Source: Chiloscyllium plagiosum
Lineage: Eukaryota
DNA length: 64,000 bases
Assembly: GCF_004010195.1 (NCBI RefSeq)
Contig: NC_057752.1
Span: 11,379,160-11,443,159, forward strand
Direction of reading: 5' to 3'
The notes under the pieces are model-generated. The model searched no databases, was not told where the DNA came from, and was given only the letters and a program-made list of their open reading frames with translations. Below, piece after piece: positions 26,231 through 39,358 of the stretch. Both the position numbers and the translations under genes were made by a program. Positions within the stretch are counted from its first letter, which is position 1. The number at the start of each line of letters is the position of its first letter.

Positions 26231-26783
26231 TAGAATTATTGTATTTGTTCTACCTTTTAAGGTGTTTCCGAGACACATCCCAATGGAGTTCAGAATGGTA
26301 ACGTGCATGTTGTTGTCACGTTCCTCATGTTACTGTCTATATTTAATCTGCAGTATAACACTACTTTTGCAGATCAACCTGATTAGACTTGAGGTGACTT
26401 CAGAGACCAGCCCCTCCTAAATTAATGCAGTCTGTGGTAGATATCATGTTTTAGGTTTTAAGTGGCATGTGTCCTTCATATGCCATTGTTCCTATTCTCA
26501 ATGGTTTAATAGTTCTGAGAATTTTGCAAGGGTGAATGGTTATTTTGGGTTCAGCTTTAGGTTGAAATTAATTGCCGTGGTGCTGTTGTTAGGGAAGAAT
26601 GAAGAGCTCTGTCCATGCTCCTCATGTGGTTTCCAGAACACACCAAACTAGCACTCTGTTTGACAAATGTGTACTGTTAAGGAGTGTGCTTTTCGTATCA
26701 TGTCAGTAATATCTCATTGTTTGTGATTTTACGAATGGCAAATCTGTGTGGCTTATACAGTTTGAATCCTGTTTGTTTTTCAG

Positions 26784-26835
26784 ATGATCCAGAATTTCCA
26801 GGATGAATCTTGTTTCATTTTAGACACATTAAAAG
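26784..26835 (+). CDS. TFCP2: TFCP2 coding exon MIQNFQDESCFILDTLK(A)
   Basis: Acceptor tttgtttttcag and donor gtaatg. In frame with both neighbours. Matches the TFCP2 segment MIQNFQ..CFILDT.K. Confidence 0.95.
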
Positions 26836-26974
26836 GTAATGTTTTCAGCACTTGCCAGCAAAGCCTAATTTTCTTTTCTAGTCGAGTTTGCAGAACTCTC
26901 CTAAGCTTTTTGGGATGGTACAAATGGTTCGAGAAATAGTTAAATCAAAAGCCAACACTCCTAAGCACGTAAAC

Positions 26975-27420
26975 AAAGAAACAAAAGAACTGCAGATGCT
27001 GGCGATCTGAAACATAAAACAAATTGCTAGAAAGTTCAGCAGGCCTGGCAGCATCTGTGGAGAGAAAGTCGTTAACGTATTGGGTTCAGTGACCCTTCCT
27101 CAGAACAAACCACAAATCACAAGGAGAAAGTGAGGTCTGCAGATGCTGGAGATCAGAGCTGAAACACGTGTTGCTGGAAAAGCGCAGCAGGTCAGGCAGC
27201 ATCCAAGAAACAGGAGAATCGACAGAGCAGGAAGAAGGGCTTATGCCTGAAATGTCGATTCTCCTGCTCCTGGGATGCTGCCTGACCTGCTGCGCTTTTC
27301 CAACAACACATTTTTCAACACAAATAAGAAGGGTCAGTGGGCCCAAAACATTAATTGTTATCTTTCCACAGGTGCTGCCAGACCTGCTGAGTTTTTCCAG
27401 CAATTTGTTTTTCTCTCCAA
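26975..27420. mobile_element. Family B fold-back repeat with a family A fold-back (~27121-27318) nested at its centre
   Basis: Outer arms are AACTGCAGATGCTGG...GACCCTTCCTCAGAAC and AAGAAGGGTC...CCAGCAATTTG. The inner arms match 44623-44833. CACAAAT is repeated at 27111-27117 and 27319-27325. Confidence 0.8.
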
Positions 27421-28382
27421 AGCACATGCTGGCTGAAGATCAGTCTGACCTGCTTCAGCCATCTTTGAATGCTTCATGAGATTTCTGTATTTTTCTTAAA
27501 CAGTTGTACTCATAGTCTCTTAAGAGCTTATTTGTAGACAGAATATATTGGTTTTATCCAATCGTGGAGTGTGTATTATCATTTATTGCCCGGTTCTCCT
27601 TGTAAAATGATTGTGAGCCATTTTTCTTAAAAATACAACTGAATGGTTGGTTCAGGCAGTTACCAGTCCACTACATTCCTGTAAGTCAGCAGTCACAACA
27701 ATAGTTCAGCTTGGGTCAGTATGACAAATATTGTTTTGTTGAAGGTCGTCGGGGAGCTGGTTAGGTTTTATGACCATCCGATAATGAGCATCATTACTGA
27801 AGCTTGCCTTTTATTCCACATTTACGGAGTTCCTCAGCTGCTGTGGTGGGGCGTGAACTTGTTTCCAGAGCATTCATCCAGTAAGATGAACATTACACTG
27901 TCACACTGGGGTTATTAAAACTATTCAAAAGAAAAGCTAAATTTGTCAGCCATTGTTTAAATTTGTTCAGTAATGCGATCTTTTATCAATCCAAATATGT
28001 GAAGAGAAAATTAGTCATTTGTAGGCAGCTTCAACAACTGCAGTTTTTCCTCCATGATTTGTGCTGTTCCTTCATACAGTTCTGTAACTGCCACAGCCCT
28101 TCTCTTGGTGATTCCTGTTGTTCCCCTTTTATATCAAATGCTCATTAGTACGAGCGACCATTGTATTATAAGAATGGTGTTCATATGTGCTGATTGTTTA
28201 TGATTGCATTCCATTTGAGAAGTAAAATTATTTTATGACCCCCAAAGCAACTTTACACTGTTACTACTTAATCTGAAAACTATTTCCCTCCGGAATTATA
28301 GGAATTATAAATCCCACTTTTTGAAAAAGAGTGAGCTAATTTTGTTTTAATGTCTTTTTTTTCCTCCATTTCTTTCCTACAG

Positions 28383-28420
28383 CTGAGGGCAGTGACAGTT
28401 ACCATATAATCCTGAAGTGA
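28383..28420 (+). CDS. TFCP2: TFCP2 terminal coding exon (A)EGSDSYHIILK*
   Basis: Long polypyrimidine acceptor ending tcctacag. Ends DSYHIILK-TGA, as in the TFCP2 C-terminus. Confidence 0.95.
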
Positions 28421-30945
28421 GTAATTTCCACGGATAGCATCTTCAGTGAATAACTTTACCCCTCGTTTGTGGTTCTCGCTTTTGGACGAAAAATATTTAC
28501 TGCCCCTTAAAAAGACAAGAGGATATTGCTGCCTATCTTGCTGAGGCAGGAGGGATCATGATGGACTTGCATACACGTTCAGCAGCATGACACAAGTGAC
28601 TAACATTTGTTGAAGCAAATTCTTGCTGGCAGTTGGAGGCACAGGATTACGTAATGGGAAAAAAAGACCATATGTGAGCATGTGTTTCTGAAAAATTGGA
28701 TTTTCCTGTTAAACTATGATGGAAAATTGCTCCTGATCATGTGTGAAAAATGTATTCAACGCTGTCCTTGATTGGAGAAATGAATGGGCTAGGCAGAGCC
28801 TATCAAATCTACTGGTTGTTCTTCATGCTTGATTTTACACTTTTTTTTCTCTCTGTGCATGATTAGAGTGCCAAAGGGATGGAAGCTAGTTCAGGCATGC
28901 ATTTTAAATGGTTCAGCCTGGTCAAGAGTTCCACTTGAGGTGCTTATTTATGCAGTCATCTGCACATTTTGAATCATCTAAATTTCAGTTCAATGTTAGT
29001 AACCTGGCCCAAACCTTTTGTGCAACTTAGTATCATTAAACTCTGCTTTGGTGCATTGCTTTGACTGAAATCGCTGACTTGGATCATAACTTATTTATTT
29101 ACTGGGGCTGTACTTGGAGGTTGAGTATCTCTCCAGCCGGTTGTGGATTTTTGTTATGTATGTGGTTCTGGTTGATCATTTATGAAGCAATATTGTTAAC
29201 CGCATGCAATGCCAGTGCTCTGTATAGTCCTACCCTGCCAAGTGAAAACTGAAGTTTTTTAGAACAATGATGGCTAGTAGAACAGTTTAAAGTGATTTCT
29301 AAAGTGTGTAAATTCAAACTGGTTTTTAATTATGCCAGCAATATTGAAGCTTGAATATCAGCATACTCTTAACTTTTTAATCTGAACACACGAGTTTAAT
29401 TTGTCTAATACTTAGGACAGTGCATAAATTAGGTGCTCCTATCATAGTTCACTGAAGTGTTCGCCCATATTTTGTCCCATTTATGGCTGTAACAATGTGG
29501 GAACTTGTATCGGATACTCTATCCAATGAAGTGTTTATAGTGGAAAAATGCCTGATGGGAAACATTTTTTTAAACTTTGCATTTTCAACTCTACAAAGAC
29601 TTGCAATTGTTAAGTTTCCACAAAGACACTGAATTTTTATCTTGTCTGTGCTTATCTATGATGACTCAGAGGAACCATGGAACCTACAATGGTAAGATTC
29701 CACATAGGCTAGTTTCTAATCCACTTGGTCTAAGATGTTATTGCACATCTCTGGAGATCCCAGTATATTAAAAGGAGTGGCGATTAACAATGGAAGCTGC
29801 TCCAGCAAAAGAATGTTTCACATTCCTTATCCTGAAGCACAGCTGCACAACTGCTAAATAAGCTCCTTAAGCCTTTTTTTTTAAAAACGTAGATGTTTTT
29901 GGAACCTAGCCAGTCGAAGTAGCATCATTTAGGATTGGAGAATGTTGGGTGCAAATATCTAACTACGTACTTTTTAAAAAGTCAGCCGATTGCTTTCCCG
30001 GCCAGTGAAATTGCCAATGCCTTGTCAAACTCCAGTTGGCTTTCTTTAAATAAATATAAGGAGATGCATCAAAATGGAAGTGCAGAGAGGGCATACAGGA
30101 TTGGCCTGAAGTTTCTCATTCGGACACTTCAGTAAAATGAATGCAGGAGTCGCTGAGGGAACCAGTGAAGTTGGACTCTCCATTCTGCACTTAAGTTCAT
30201 TTGCAAGTATAGTTTTATTTAATCAAACCTTCAGGATTTTTTTTTCCTAAAAACAGTAGTTTAACTTTGGCTGTGTATGGTATGACAGACTGTCTCGCAA
30301 TATTTTTCTTTATATTGTGGACTGAGACTTGAGAAGATCTTGTAGACCAATTGCAGCAATCTAGAATTGATGATTTGAAACCATGCCTTTCAATTGTAGC
30401 TACTGTATAGCATGTTTGCAGACCCTGAATGGGCTGGCACATTTAATTGGAGCTCTTCAACGCATAGAATTTCCAGAGGAACTGGGGAAGAAAGCAGTTG
30501 GTGATGGTTAATATCCTTTTTATTAAGGTGACATTTCATGTAATGATGTCACATTGAAATATGTTGTAACAATTTTAAAAAATATTTTTCCTATGCAAAT
30601 GGATTACAAAATGTAACAAAAAAACTGAAAGACAAAATGACAAGCTTGTTTATGCATTGTACAACTTAACGTGATATGGCAAAGTATTGCCATCACTACC
30701 TGTAATGTTTTTCTATACATGTATAATCCATAAAATGTACAATTCACAATATGTCAGATTAATAGTAAATTGTGATTTTAATTTTCTAGCTGTCTCTGGT
30801 TTATGACTGTTGGGGTTCTGTCTGGAAATTGAGTATTTGAGGACAAACTTTTGATTCCCTTAAAGCTGTTTAATTTGTATTTGTTGTAAAGTTTTGTGAT
30901 CTGTGCCCTGTGGAAATATAATAAAATTCAAGAGTATCCTTTTTA
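28421..30945 (+). other. TFCP2: Putative TFCP2 3' UTR
   Basis: AT-rich sequence with no recognisable TE from the stop codon to an AATAAA at 30920-30925, followed by T-rich sequence. The end point is inferred. Confidence 0.6.
30920..30925 (+). terminator. Candidate polyadenylation signal AATAAA
   Basis: Canonical hexamer with upstream TGTA motifs and downstream TTTTTATTTGATTTGT. A CR1 begins ~50 bp later. Confidence 0.5.
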
Positions 30946-30974
30946 TTTGATTTGTAAAAGTGAAACTCTTTTAA

Positions 30975-31885
30975 AACTGGGAAGAGATATTTGTATCATC
31001 GATAGTCACAGGTGAGGTGCCGGAAGATTGGAGGTTGGCTAACGTGGTGCCACTGTTTAAGAAGGGTTGTAACGACTAGCCAGGGAACTATAGACCAGTG
31101 AGCCTGACGTTGGTGGTGGACAAGTTGTTGGAGGGAATCCTGAGGGACAGGACGTACATGTATGTGGAAAGGCAAGGACTGAATAGGGATAGTCAGCATG
31201 GCTTTGTGCATGGGAAATCATGTCTCACAAACTTGACTGAGTTTTTTGAAGAAGTAACAAAGAAGATTAATGAGGGCAGAGCGGTAGATGTGACCTATAT
31301 GGACTTCAGTAAGGCGTTCGACAAGGTTCCCCATGGGAGACTGATTAGCAAGGTTAGATCTCATGGAATACAGGGAGAACTAGCCATTTGGATACAGAAC
31401 TGGCTCAAAGGTAAAAGACCAGAGGGTGGTGATGGAGGGTTGTTTTTCAGACTGTGCCACGAGGATCAGTGCTGGGTCCTCTACTTTTCTTCATTTATAT
31501 AAATGATTTGGATGTGAGCATAAAAGATATAGTTAGTAAGTTTGCAGATGACACCAAAATTGGAGGCGTAGTGGACAGCGAAGAGGGTTACCTCACATTA
31601 CAACAAGATCTTGATCAAATGGGCTGAGGAGTGGCAGATGGAGTTTAATTTAGATAAATGTGAGGTGCTGCATTTTGGGAAAGCAAATCTTAGCAGGACT
31701 TACATACTTAATGGTAAGGTCCCGAGGGAGTGTTGTTGAACAAAGAGACCTTGGAGTGCAGGTTCATAGCTCCTTGAAAGTAGAGTTGCAGGTAGATAGG
31801 ATAGTGAAGGTGTTTGATAAGCTTTCCTTTATTGGTCAGAGTATTGCGTACAGGAGTTGGGAGGTCATGTTGCAGCTGTACAGGG
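30975..31885 (+). mobile_element. CR1-type LINE RT fragment
   Basis: ORF 31098-31502 (QHGFVHGKSCLTNL..YMDFSKAFDKVPH) and SKFADDTK. Confidence 0.92.
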
Positions 31886-33600
31886 TGCTGCTGGCTGGGC
31901 CCAGCATTTATTAGCCAATCCCAGTTGCCCTTGAGAGGGTGATGGTAAGCTGCCTTCTTGAACCGCTGCAGTCAGTGTGCTGTGGGTTGGCCAGCAATGT
32001 CTTTAGGGAGGGAATTCTAGGGTTTTGACCCAGCAACACTGAAGGAATGGTGATATATTTCTAAGTCAGGATGAGTGGCTTGGTGGGGAACTTGCAGGGG
32101 TGGTGTTCCCATGTATCTGCTGCCCCTTGTCCTTCGAGATGGGAGCAGTCGTGGGTTTGGAAGATGCTGTCTGAGGATCTTTGGTTAATGTCTGCAGTGC
32201 ATCTTGTAGATGGTACACACTGCTGCTACTGACCATTGGCAGTGGAGGGAGTGAATGTAAGGCCAATCAAGTGGACTGTTTTATCTTGGATGGTGTCAGG
32301 TTTCTTGTGTGGTTGGAGCTGCACCCATCCAGGTGATTGGGGAATATTCCATCACACCTGACTTGTGCCTTATAGATGGTGGACAGGCTTCGGGGAGTCA
32401 AGAAGGGAGTTACTTGCTGCAGTATTCTTAGCTTCTAGCCTGGCATTTGTGTGGTGTGAATGTTACTTGTCAGCCCAAGCCTGGATATTGTCCAGATCTT
32501 GTTGCATTTGAACGCTGACTGTTCAGTATCTGAGGAGTCGCGAATGGTGCTGAACATTGTGCAATCATCAGTGAACTTCTGACCTAATGACAGAGGGAAG
32601 GTCATTGATGAAGCAGCTGAAGATGTTGGGCCTAGGACACTACCCTGAGGAACTCCTGCAGAGATGTCCTGGGGCTGAGATAACTGACTTCCAACACCCA
32701 CAACCATCTTCCTATGTGCCAGGTATGACTCCAACCAGCGGAGAGTTTGCCCCCTGATGCCCAATGGTTCCAGGTTTGCCAGGGCTCCTTGATGCCACAC
32801 TTGGCGAATGCAGCCTTGATGTCAAGGGCTGTCCCTCTTCCCTCCCCGCTGGAATTCAGCTCTTTTGTCCATGTTTGAGCCAAGGCTGTAATAAGGTCAG
32901 GAGCTGAGTAGCCCTGGTGGAACTCAAATTAGGCGTCACTGAGCAGGTTATTGCTGAGCAGGTGCTGCTTGATAGCACTGTTGGTGACACCTTCCATCAC
33001 TTTCCTGATGATCGAGAGGAGACCGATGGGGCGGTAATTGGCCGGGCTGGATTTGTCCTGCTTTTTGGGTACAGGACATATCTGGGCAATTTTCCACATT
33101 GTCGAGTAGATGCCAGTGTTATAACTGTACTGGAACAGCTTGGCTAGGGGACAGCTTGGCTAGGGGAGCGGCAAGTTCTGGAACACAAGTCTTTAGTACT
33201 ATTGCTGGAATGTTGTCAGGGCCCATAGCCTTTGCAGTATCCAGTACCTCCATCCATTTCTTGATATCACATGGAGTGAATCGGATTGGCTGAAGACTGG
33301 GATCTGTGATGCTGGGGACCACTGGAGGAGGCTGAGATGGATCATCCACTTAGCACTTCTGGCTGAAGATTGCTGTGAAAGCTTCAGCCTTATCTTTTGC
33401 CCTGATGTGCTGGGCTCCTCCATCATTGAGGACGGGGATATTTGTGGGGGCTCCTCCTCCAGTGAGTTGTTTAATCCCCCACCACCATTCATGACTGGAT
33501 GTGGCTGGACTGCAGAGCTTAGATCTGATCCAGTGATTGTGGGATCATTTAGCTCTGTCTATCACTTGTTGCTTTTGCTGTTTGGTATGCAAGTAGTCCT

Positions 33601-33736
33601 AGGAGAAAGTGAGGGCTGGAGATCAGAGTCAAAAAATGTGGCGCTGGAAAAGCACAGCCAGTCAGGCAGCGTTTGAGGAGCTGGAGAGTCGACGTTTTGA
33701 GCATAAGCTCTTCATCCTGATGAAGGGCTTATGCTC
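33601..33736. mobile_element. Family A fold-back element truncated by the assembly gap
   Basis: AGGAGAAAGTGAGG...CTTCATC followed by the inverted CTGATGAAGGGCTTATGCTC, which runs into the Ns. Confidence 0.75.
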
Positions 33737-34308
33737 NNNNNNNNNNNNNNNNNNNNNNNNNNNNNNNNNNNNNNNNNNNNNNNNNNNNNNNNNNNNNNNN
33801 NNNNNNNNNNNNNNNNNNNNNNNNNNNNNNNNNNNNNNNNNNNNNNNNNNNNNNNNNNNNNNNNNNNNNNNNNNNNNNNNNNNNNNNNNNNNNNNNNNNN
33901 NNNNNNNNNNNNNNNNNNNNNNNNNNNNNNNNNNNNNNNNNNNNNNNNNNNNNNNNNNNNNNNNNNNNNNNNNNNNNNNNNNNNNNNNNNNNNNNNNNNN
34001 NNNNNNNNNNNNNNNNNNNNNNNNNNNNNNNNNNNNNNNNNNNNNNNNNNNNNNNNNNNNNNNNNNNNNNNNNNNNNNNNNNNNNNNNNNNNNNNNNNNN
34101 NNNNNNNNNNNNNNNNNNNNNNNNNNNNNNNNNNNNNNNNNNNNNNNNNNNNNNNNNNNNNNNNNNNNNNNNNNNNNNNNNNNNNNNNNNNNNNNNNNNN
34201 NNNNNNNNNNNNNNNNNNNNNNNNNNNNNNNNNNNNNNNNNNNNNNNNNNNNNNNNNNNNNNNNNNNNNNNNNNNNNNNNNNNNNNNNNNNNNNNNNNNN
34301 NNNNNNNN
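33737..34308. other. Assembly gap (N run)
   Basis: 572 consecutive N. Confidence 1.
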
Positions 34309-34689
34309 AACCAGCAGGAGGGTTCCTTGCCCAGGTTTAACCTGAAGCCATGAGACTTCATGGGGTCCAGAGTCAATGCTGAGGACTCCCAGGGTAACTC
34401 TCTCCTGACTGTATCCCATTGTGCCCCCACCTCTGGGTCTGTGGTGCGACAGGATATATCCAGGGATGGTGTTGGTGGTGTCTGAAACATTGTCTGTAAG
34501 GTATGATTCTGAGTGTATGACTATGTCTCATTTGGGCTAACTCTCCCAATATTGATCCTAGATCTCAGATATCATGAAAGAGGACTTGATGGGGTCAACG
34601 GGGTTGTTTCTGCCGTTGTCTTTTCCGGTGCTTATTGTCGATGCTAGGTGATCCGTCTGGTTTCATTTCTTTTGAGACTTTAGTCATTG

Positions 34690-34940
34690 ATACGACGGGC
34701 TTGTTAGGGCAATTGGAGTCAACCACATTGGTTGTGGGTCTGGAGTGGCAGGTGAGGATGGCAATTTCCTTCCCTGAAGGACATTAATGATCCAGGTGGG
34801 CAATGGTTTCATGGTCATCGTTTTTTTTTGATGTTGAATTCAAATTCCACCATCTGTTGTGGTGGGATTTGAACCTGTCTCCCCAGAACATGACCTGGGT
34901 CTCCTGGATAAATAGCGATAATACCACTTGGCCATCACCT
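34690..34940 (-). mobile_element. tRNA-derived SINE, same type as 42603-42932
   Basis: The reverse complement contains CAGGTTCAAATCCCACCAC..CAGATGGTGGAATTTGAATTCA and TCCTTCAGGGAAGGAAA. Confidence 0.65.
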
Positions 34941-37569
34941 TTCCTGCCCACCAGGATGGTGGGATAATAATGATTTAAAATTAACTTTGAAAGCGAAATA
35001 AACCTTCAGGAGTGTGTGTAGAGCAGGGAATTGGGACTGACTGGATTACCGTGCAGAGCTGATATGAGCTCAGTGGCCTTTATCCTGTGCTATAAGGACT
35101 CTAGCTCTCTGCTCCCTTGGACACCTCACCAACTGTATCTTGCCAGCCATTTATTTTAACTTTGTTTTCAGTTAGAGAACTGGCTACCTATCACACAGAC
35201 TCAGAGTCTGGGTGTAGACTATCACGTTTTATGGGGCAACAATATTGAGTGCCTTAAACTATTTAATTGCTTTATTTTGACAGGAAGAATGGGAGGGAGA
35301 GCATAAAATAAAGGGCAGAATTCTAAAGGGGTGCAGCAGCAGTGGGGTACAGTGTATCTGTATAAATCTTTGAAGGTGACTAGGTGAGATTGAGGACTCT
35401 GTTGGTAAGACATGCAGGAATCTGGACTCAGTGCATCAGGGCATAGAGGACCTAAAGCAAGGAAGTTATGATGAATGTTTTATAAGATATGGGTTTGGGT
35501 CAGCCAAATTATTGTCGCACAGTTCTGGGCACTGCTTTTAGGAAGATATCAGTGAGGGTGCAAAAGAGAGTGAAGAGAATATGATTCCAGGGTGTATGTA
35601 GATCAGTGACGTTGAGACTGTCCTTCCAGAGAAGGTGGAGAGGAGACTCCATACTGATCCTCAAATCCTGAGCGGTCTGAGCAGGACAGTGAGAAGCCTC
35701 TCCCATTGGTGGAAGGATTGAGAACCACAAGTCACAGGTTCAAGGTAATTGGCAACAAAGGTGGTAATAGTGATAGTGGCCTGATTGGTCAAGATCTGGA
35801 ATGCACTGCCTGGGAGTGTAGTGGAGGCTGATCCAACTGATACAGTAATTGTTTTTTGAGCAGCAAGTGAGCAGGGTTACAGATAGAAGGCCGGGCGTGG
35901 TGGTTAGTCAGTTGCACCCTATGGGAGCCATCACAGACGTGATGGACCAGTTAGCAATGGACTGGGTGAATAGGTTCTGTGGTCCCCGTTTGGCAGCAAT
36001 TAACATTTTAGCTGATTGTAAAAGGAGAGTCATCTGGGATTTGAGGAATGGAAGACACTCACAAAAGTGATCCTGACATCTTGGTGAGAGTAGTGTTTTT
36101 AGGGCTTTCTGTGGCAGCTTGTTTCCTCAGGTGGTTACAGTCATTAGAAGCTGTTTGAGGCTCAGCTAATTGAAGGATGGGGATTAGTTCAACTATTCAA
36201 ACATATACATATTCCTGCTGAGAGTTGGTAGAGGGACTAGCCATCAATGGTCAAAATGCAGTTTGAAGGTCTGCAAAATTCAGAAATATTAACATTAGGA
36301 GATAGAGTCACAAAGAGAGGAAATGTGTCCTGAGAGAAGGGCCAAGCTGAATCCATCAGTCTGCCAGACCAGTTCTGTTTCCCCATGTTTGGGAGGGATG
36401 TCGAATGGGGTTGGGAATGAAGCAGAAAGGGGACAAAGCGATCAGACCAGTAGTCTGGTTAACCAATGTGTTCAGCAGCGCTGAAATGACCTCAGGGCTC
36501 ATTTACAAAGCAAACAGCACCGGCTCATAAGGTTACCTTTCCAAGGAGAGTTAATGGTTTCCGGGGTTGAGAGCAAGTGACTAATCTGTTTTGCATTAAG
36601 CCCTTAAGGTTGAAACCTGCTGAACGTTGTTGATGTTGGCAGCGTTCACAAAGGTCACAAACCCCCTCATCTCAAGGTTAAACACATTTCTCACAAATAG
36701 GACATGTTTGCAGCTGATCTTATCTGTTCTGCTATGACTGTATGAGGTAGACTGTATGCTTCACTTAATCTAACACCAGCAGTCCCTGCCAGGTCCTGGG
36801 ACCACAGATGATTGATGTTCAGTGACTGGAACTTCTTGAAAAACACCTTTGACACGTGCAATTTGAATGAAGGCCTTTGTGGTTAGAAAGATATCAAAAG
36901 ATCTAAATGGAGGTTGATCATTTAGAAAGACTCCACAATTGTAGCTTGATCATTCTTCAGGCGAAATGTGTGTTTTGGGCTATTGTGAATGTTTTTCTTT
37001 AATTCTTAATTGAATTGTAAATGTTTGGAATCCTGTATCTGAAACCCAGTCTTGGTGAATTTATTGCCTCTGGTAAGGTGCAAGGAAAGTGACCAATTCA
37101 TACATTAGCCATTGTTCTAAGAGAATTAAAGCACAGCAGCAAAAAAGACCACATCTGGGGTATTATCTGCAAAAAAGTACACTTGCCATAGACTGTAGTG
37201 GAGAATCAGTAGACCAATTCCTGAGAAAGAAAACTGAGCCTCTGTTCTCTGGTGTTTAGAAGAAGAGAGGTAATCTCATAGAAACAGATAAAATTCTTAA
37301 AGGGATCAACAGAATAGAATAAATTATAGCCATTCAACCTATCGCATCTGTACTGACCCTGGGAATTCTATACGCTGGAGGCCTGTGGGAGCTCAGTTAT
37401 TAAATCTGTTCAAATCCGAGTGTGTCAAGATAAGGGGATAATGTGGGAATATCACATTCGGGCAGATGCTCAAATGGTGGAACATGTGTGAGAAACTGAA
37501 TGGCCTACCGCTCTCCCTGTGTAGTTAAGTTCCCAAGTCAAATCCAGTCCTGCTCAGTCCACCTCCATA

Positions 37570-38060
37570 TTTGAAGTGCTTCAGACTGCTTCACGTAGTT
37601 AAAGGTACCACAGCGCAAGGAACTCGACACCATCCAGCACAAAGTAGCCGCTTGATTGGCCCCATATCCACAAACATCCACTCCCTCCCCCACCGACGCT
37701 CGGTACACACTGCTGCTACTATCTACAAGATGCCCTGCAGGAATTCACCAAAGATCCTCAGACAGCACCTTCCAAACCCACGGCCACTTCCATCTAGAAG
37801 GACAAGGGCAGCAGATACATGGGAAAACCACCCCCTGTAAGTTTCCCTCCGAGCCCCTCACCATCCTGGAAATATATCGCCATTCCATCAGTGTTGCTGG
37901 GTCAAAATCCTGGAATTCCCTCTCTAAGGGCATTGTGGCTCAACCCACAGCACATGGTCTGTAGTGGTTCAAGATGGCAGCTCACCCCCAGTTTCTCAAG
38001 GGGACAACAAAAAATGGGGTAATGAATACTGCCTAGCTGGTGATGCCCATATCACCTAAT
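37570..38060 (+). mobile_element. 3' fragment of the second CR1/L2-group LINE family
   Basis: IHSLPHRRSV..TIYKMPCRNSPKILRQHLPNPRPLPSRRTRAA. It is the reverse complement of the 31890-32250 region. Confidence 0.85.
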
Positions 38061-38858
38061 GCATATATTCAAGGGTGATGGGGGTGTGGTGTAAGTTTAT
38101 CAGGGATAGGTGTGAATATGTTGTTACAATCAGGTCGCCCATGACCTTACAGAATGGTGGAGCAGGGTTGAGGAGCTGACTGGCTGAATCCATTTTTGTT
38201 TATTTCAAGGGCTCTTTCATGTATTTGATCCACAAAATAGGAAAGGCCTTCAATTGTGTCCAGAGTGTATGTGTCCACTTTGCTCGGTTGCCTGTGGCAA
38301 TGCTATTGGCCTGAGCATTTCAGTGGAAAGCAGTCATTCTGGCAGCTCCCGGAGAAGAGGCTGGCGGGATGGGCATTTCAGCCAAGACACCTTTCTACAG
38401 TGAGTTTCCCCAGACTCGTTCAGCTATCAATCTTACGTTCGTTCATGCCTCATTTCACATGCTCTGATTCCAAAGTTACATTCACATTCCAGGGTTTGAC
38501 ACTCTGCACTTTTTCAGCTGGTCTTACTCAGCGGGGAGTGTATTCCCATTGAGGAGCTGAAGGTGACTCCTGTTTATGTTTCAGTTGACAGGCTGATTTT
38601 GTTTTGTCATGTGAGTTGATTTAAAGGAAATTCAAGTTCATGAGCAACTTAAAATTCTGTGGCTTTTTGCAAATGTTGGAGAGATTTTAAATGAAGGTGT
38701 AGGGCCATAAGGATAGTACCAATAAGAGGGGAGAATGTAATTCCAGATCCAGTAGTGAGAAACAGGAGGTAGGGAGTTCCAGAGTTCCAAAGAGCAAGTC
38801 TACTGGGTGTACCAGATTTGCCAGCCTCCCACTAAAATGCCAGAAAGCCAGGTCCTGT

Positions 38859-39358
38859 NNNNNNNNNNNNNNNNNNNNNNNNNNNNNNNNNNNNNNNNNN
38901 NNNNNNNNNNNNNNNNNNNNNNNNNNNNNNNNNNNNNNNNNNNNNNNNNNNNNNNNNNNNNNNNNNNNNNNNNNNNNNNNNNNNNNNNNNNNNNNNNNNN
39001 NNNNNNNNNNNNNNNNNNNNNNNNNNNNNNNNNNNNNNNNNNNNNNNNNNNNNNNNNNNNNNNNNNNNNNNNNNNNNNNNNNNNNNNNNNNNNNNNNNNN
39101 NNNNNNNNNNNNNNNNNNNNNNNNNNNNNNNNNNNNNNNNNNNNNNNNNNNNNNNNNNNNNNNNNNNNNNNNNNNNNNNNNNNNNNNNNNNNNNNNNNNN
39201 NNNNNNNNNNNNNNNNNNNNNNNNNNNNNNNNNNNNNNNNNNNNNNNNNNNNNNNNNNNNNNNNNNNNNNNNNNNNNNNNNNNNNNNNNNNNNNNNNNNN
39301 NNNNNNNNNNNNNNNNNNNNNNNNNNNNNNNNNNNNNNNNNNNNNNNNNNNNNNNNNN
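38859..39358. other. Assembly gap (N run)
   Basis: 500 consecutive N. Confidence 1.

Larger units (their letters stand above)
31886..34680 (-). mobile_element. Second CR1/L2-group LINE, long fragment spanning the first gap
   Basis: KAMGPDNIPAIVLKTC, LDIKAAF and SAGVPQGSVLGP. Endonuclease remnant HEVSWLQVKPGQGTLLL after the gap. Its 3' end (GCTGGCTGGGCCCAGCATTTATT) is at ~31886-31915. Confidence 0.85.

Noticed and set aside
4990..28420. Assignment to UBP1 or TFCP2L1
   Set aside because: RMVRPRL, the REQQQ..KHE.GDS segment, TEKIAQLF and DSYHIILK* fit TFCP2 better as recalled. A phylogeny would settle it.
33609..34490. Long ORFs of 204-253 aa
   Set aside because: Artefacts of translating through the N gap.
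36612..36656. Short G-U-rich hairpin TGAACGTTGTTGATGTTGGCAGCGTTCA as a possible miRNA
   Set aside because: Too short for a pre-miRNA and without other evidence.
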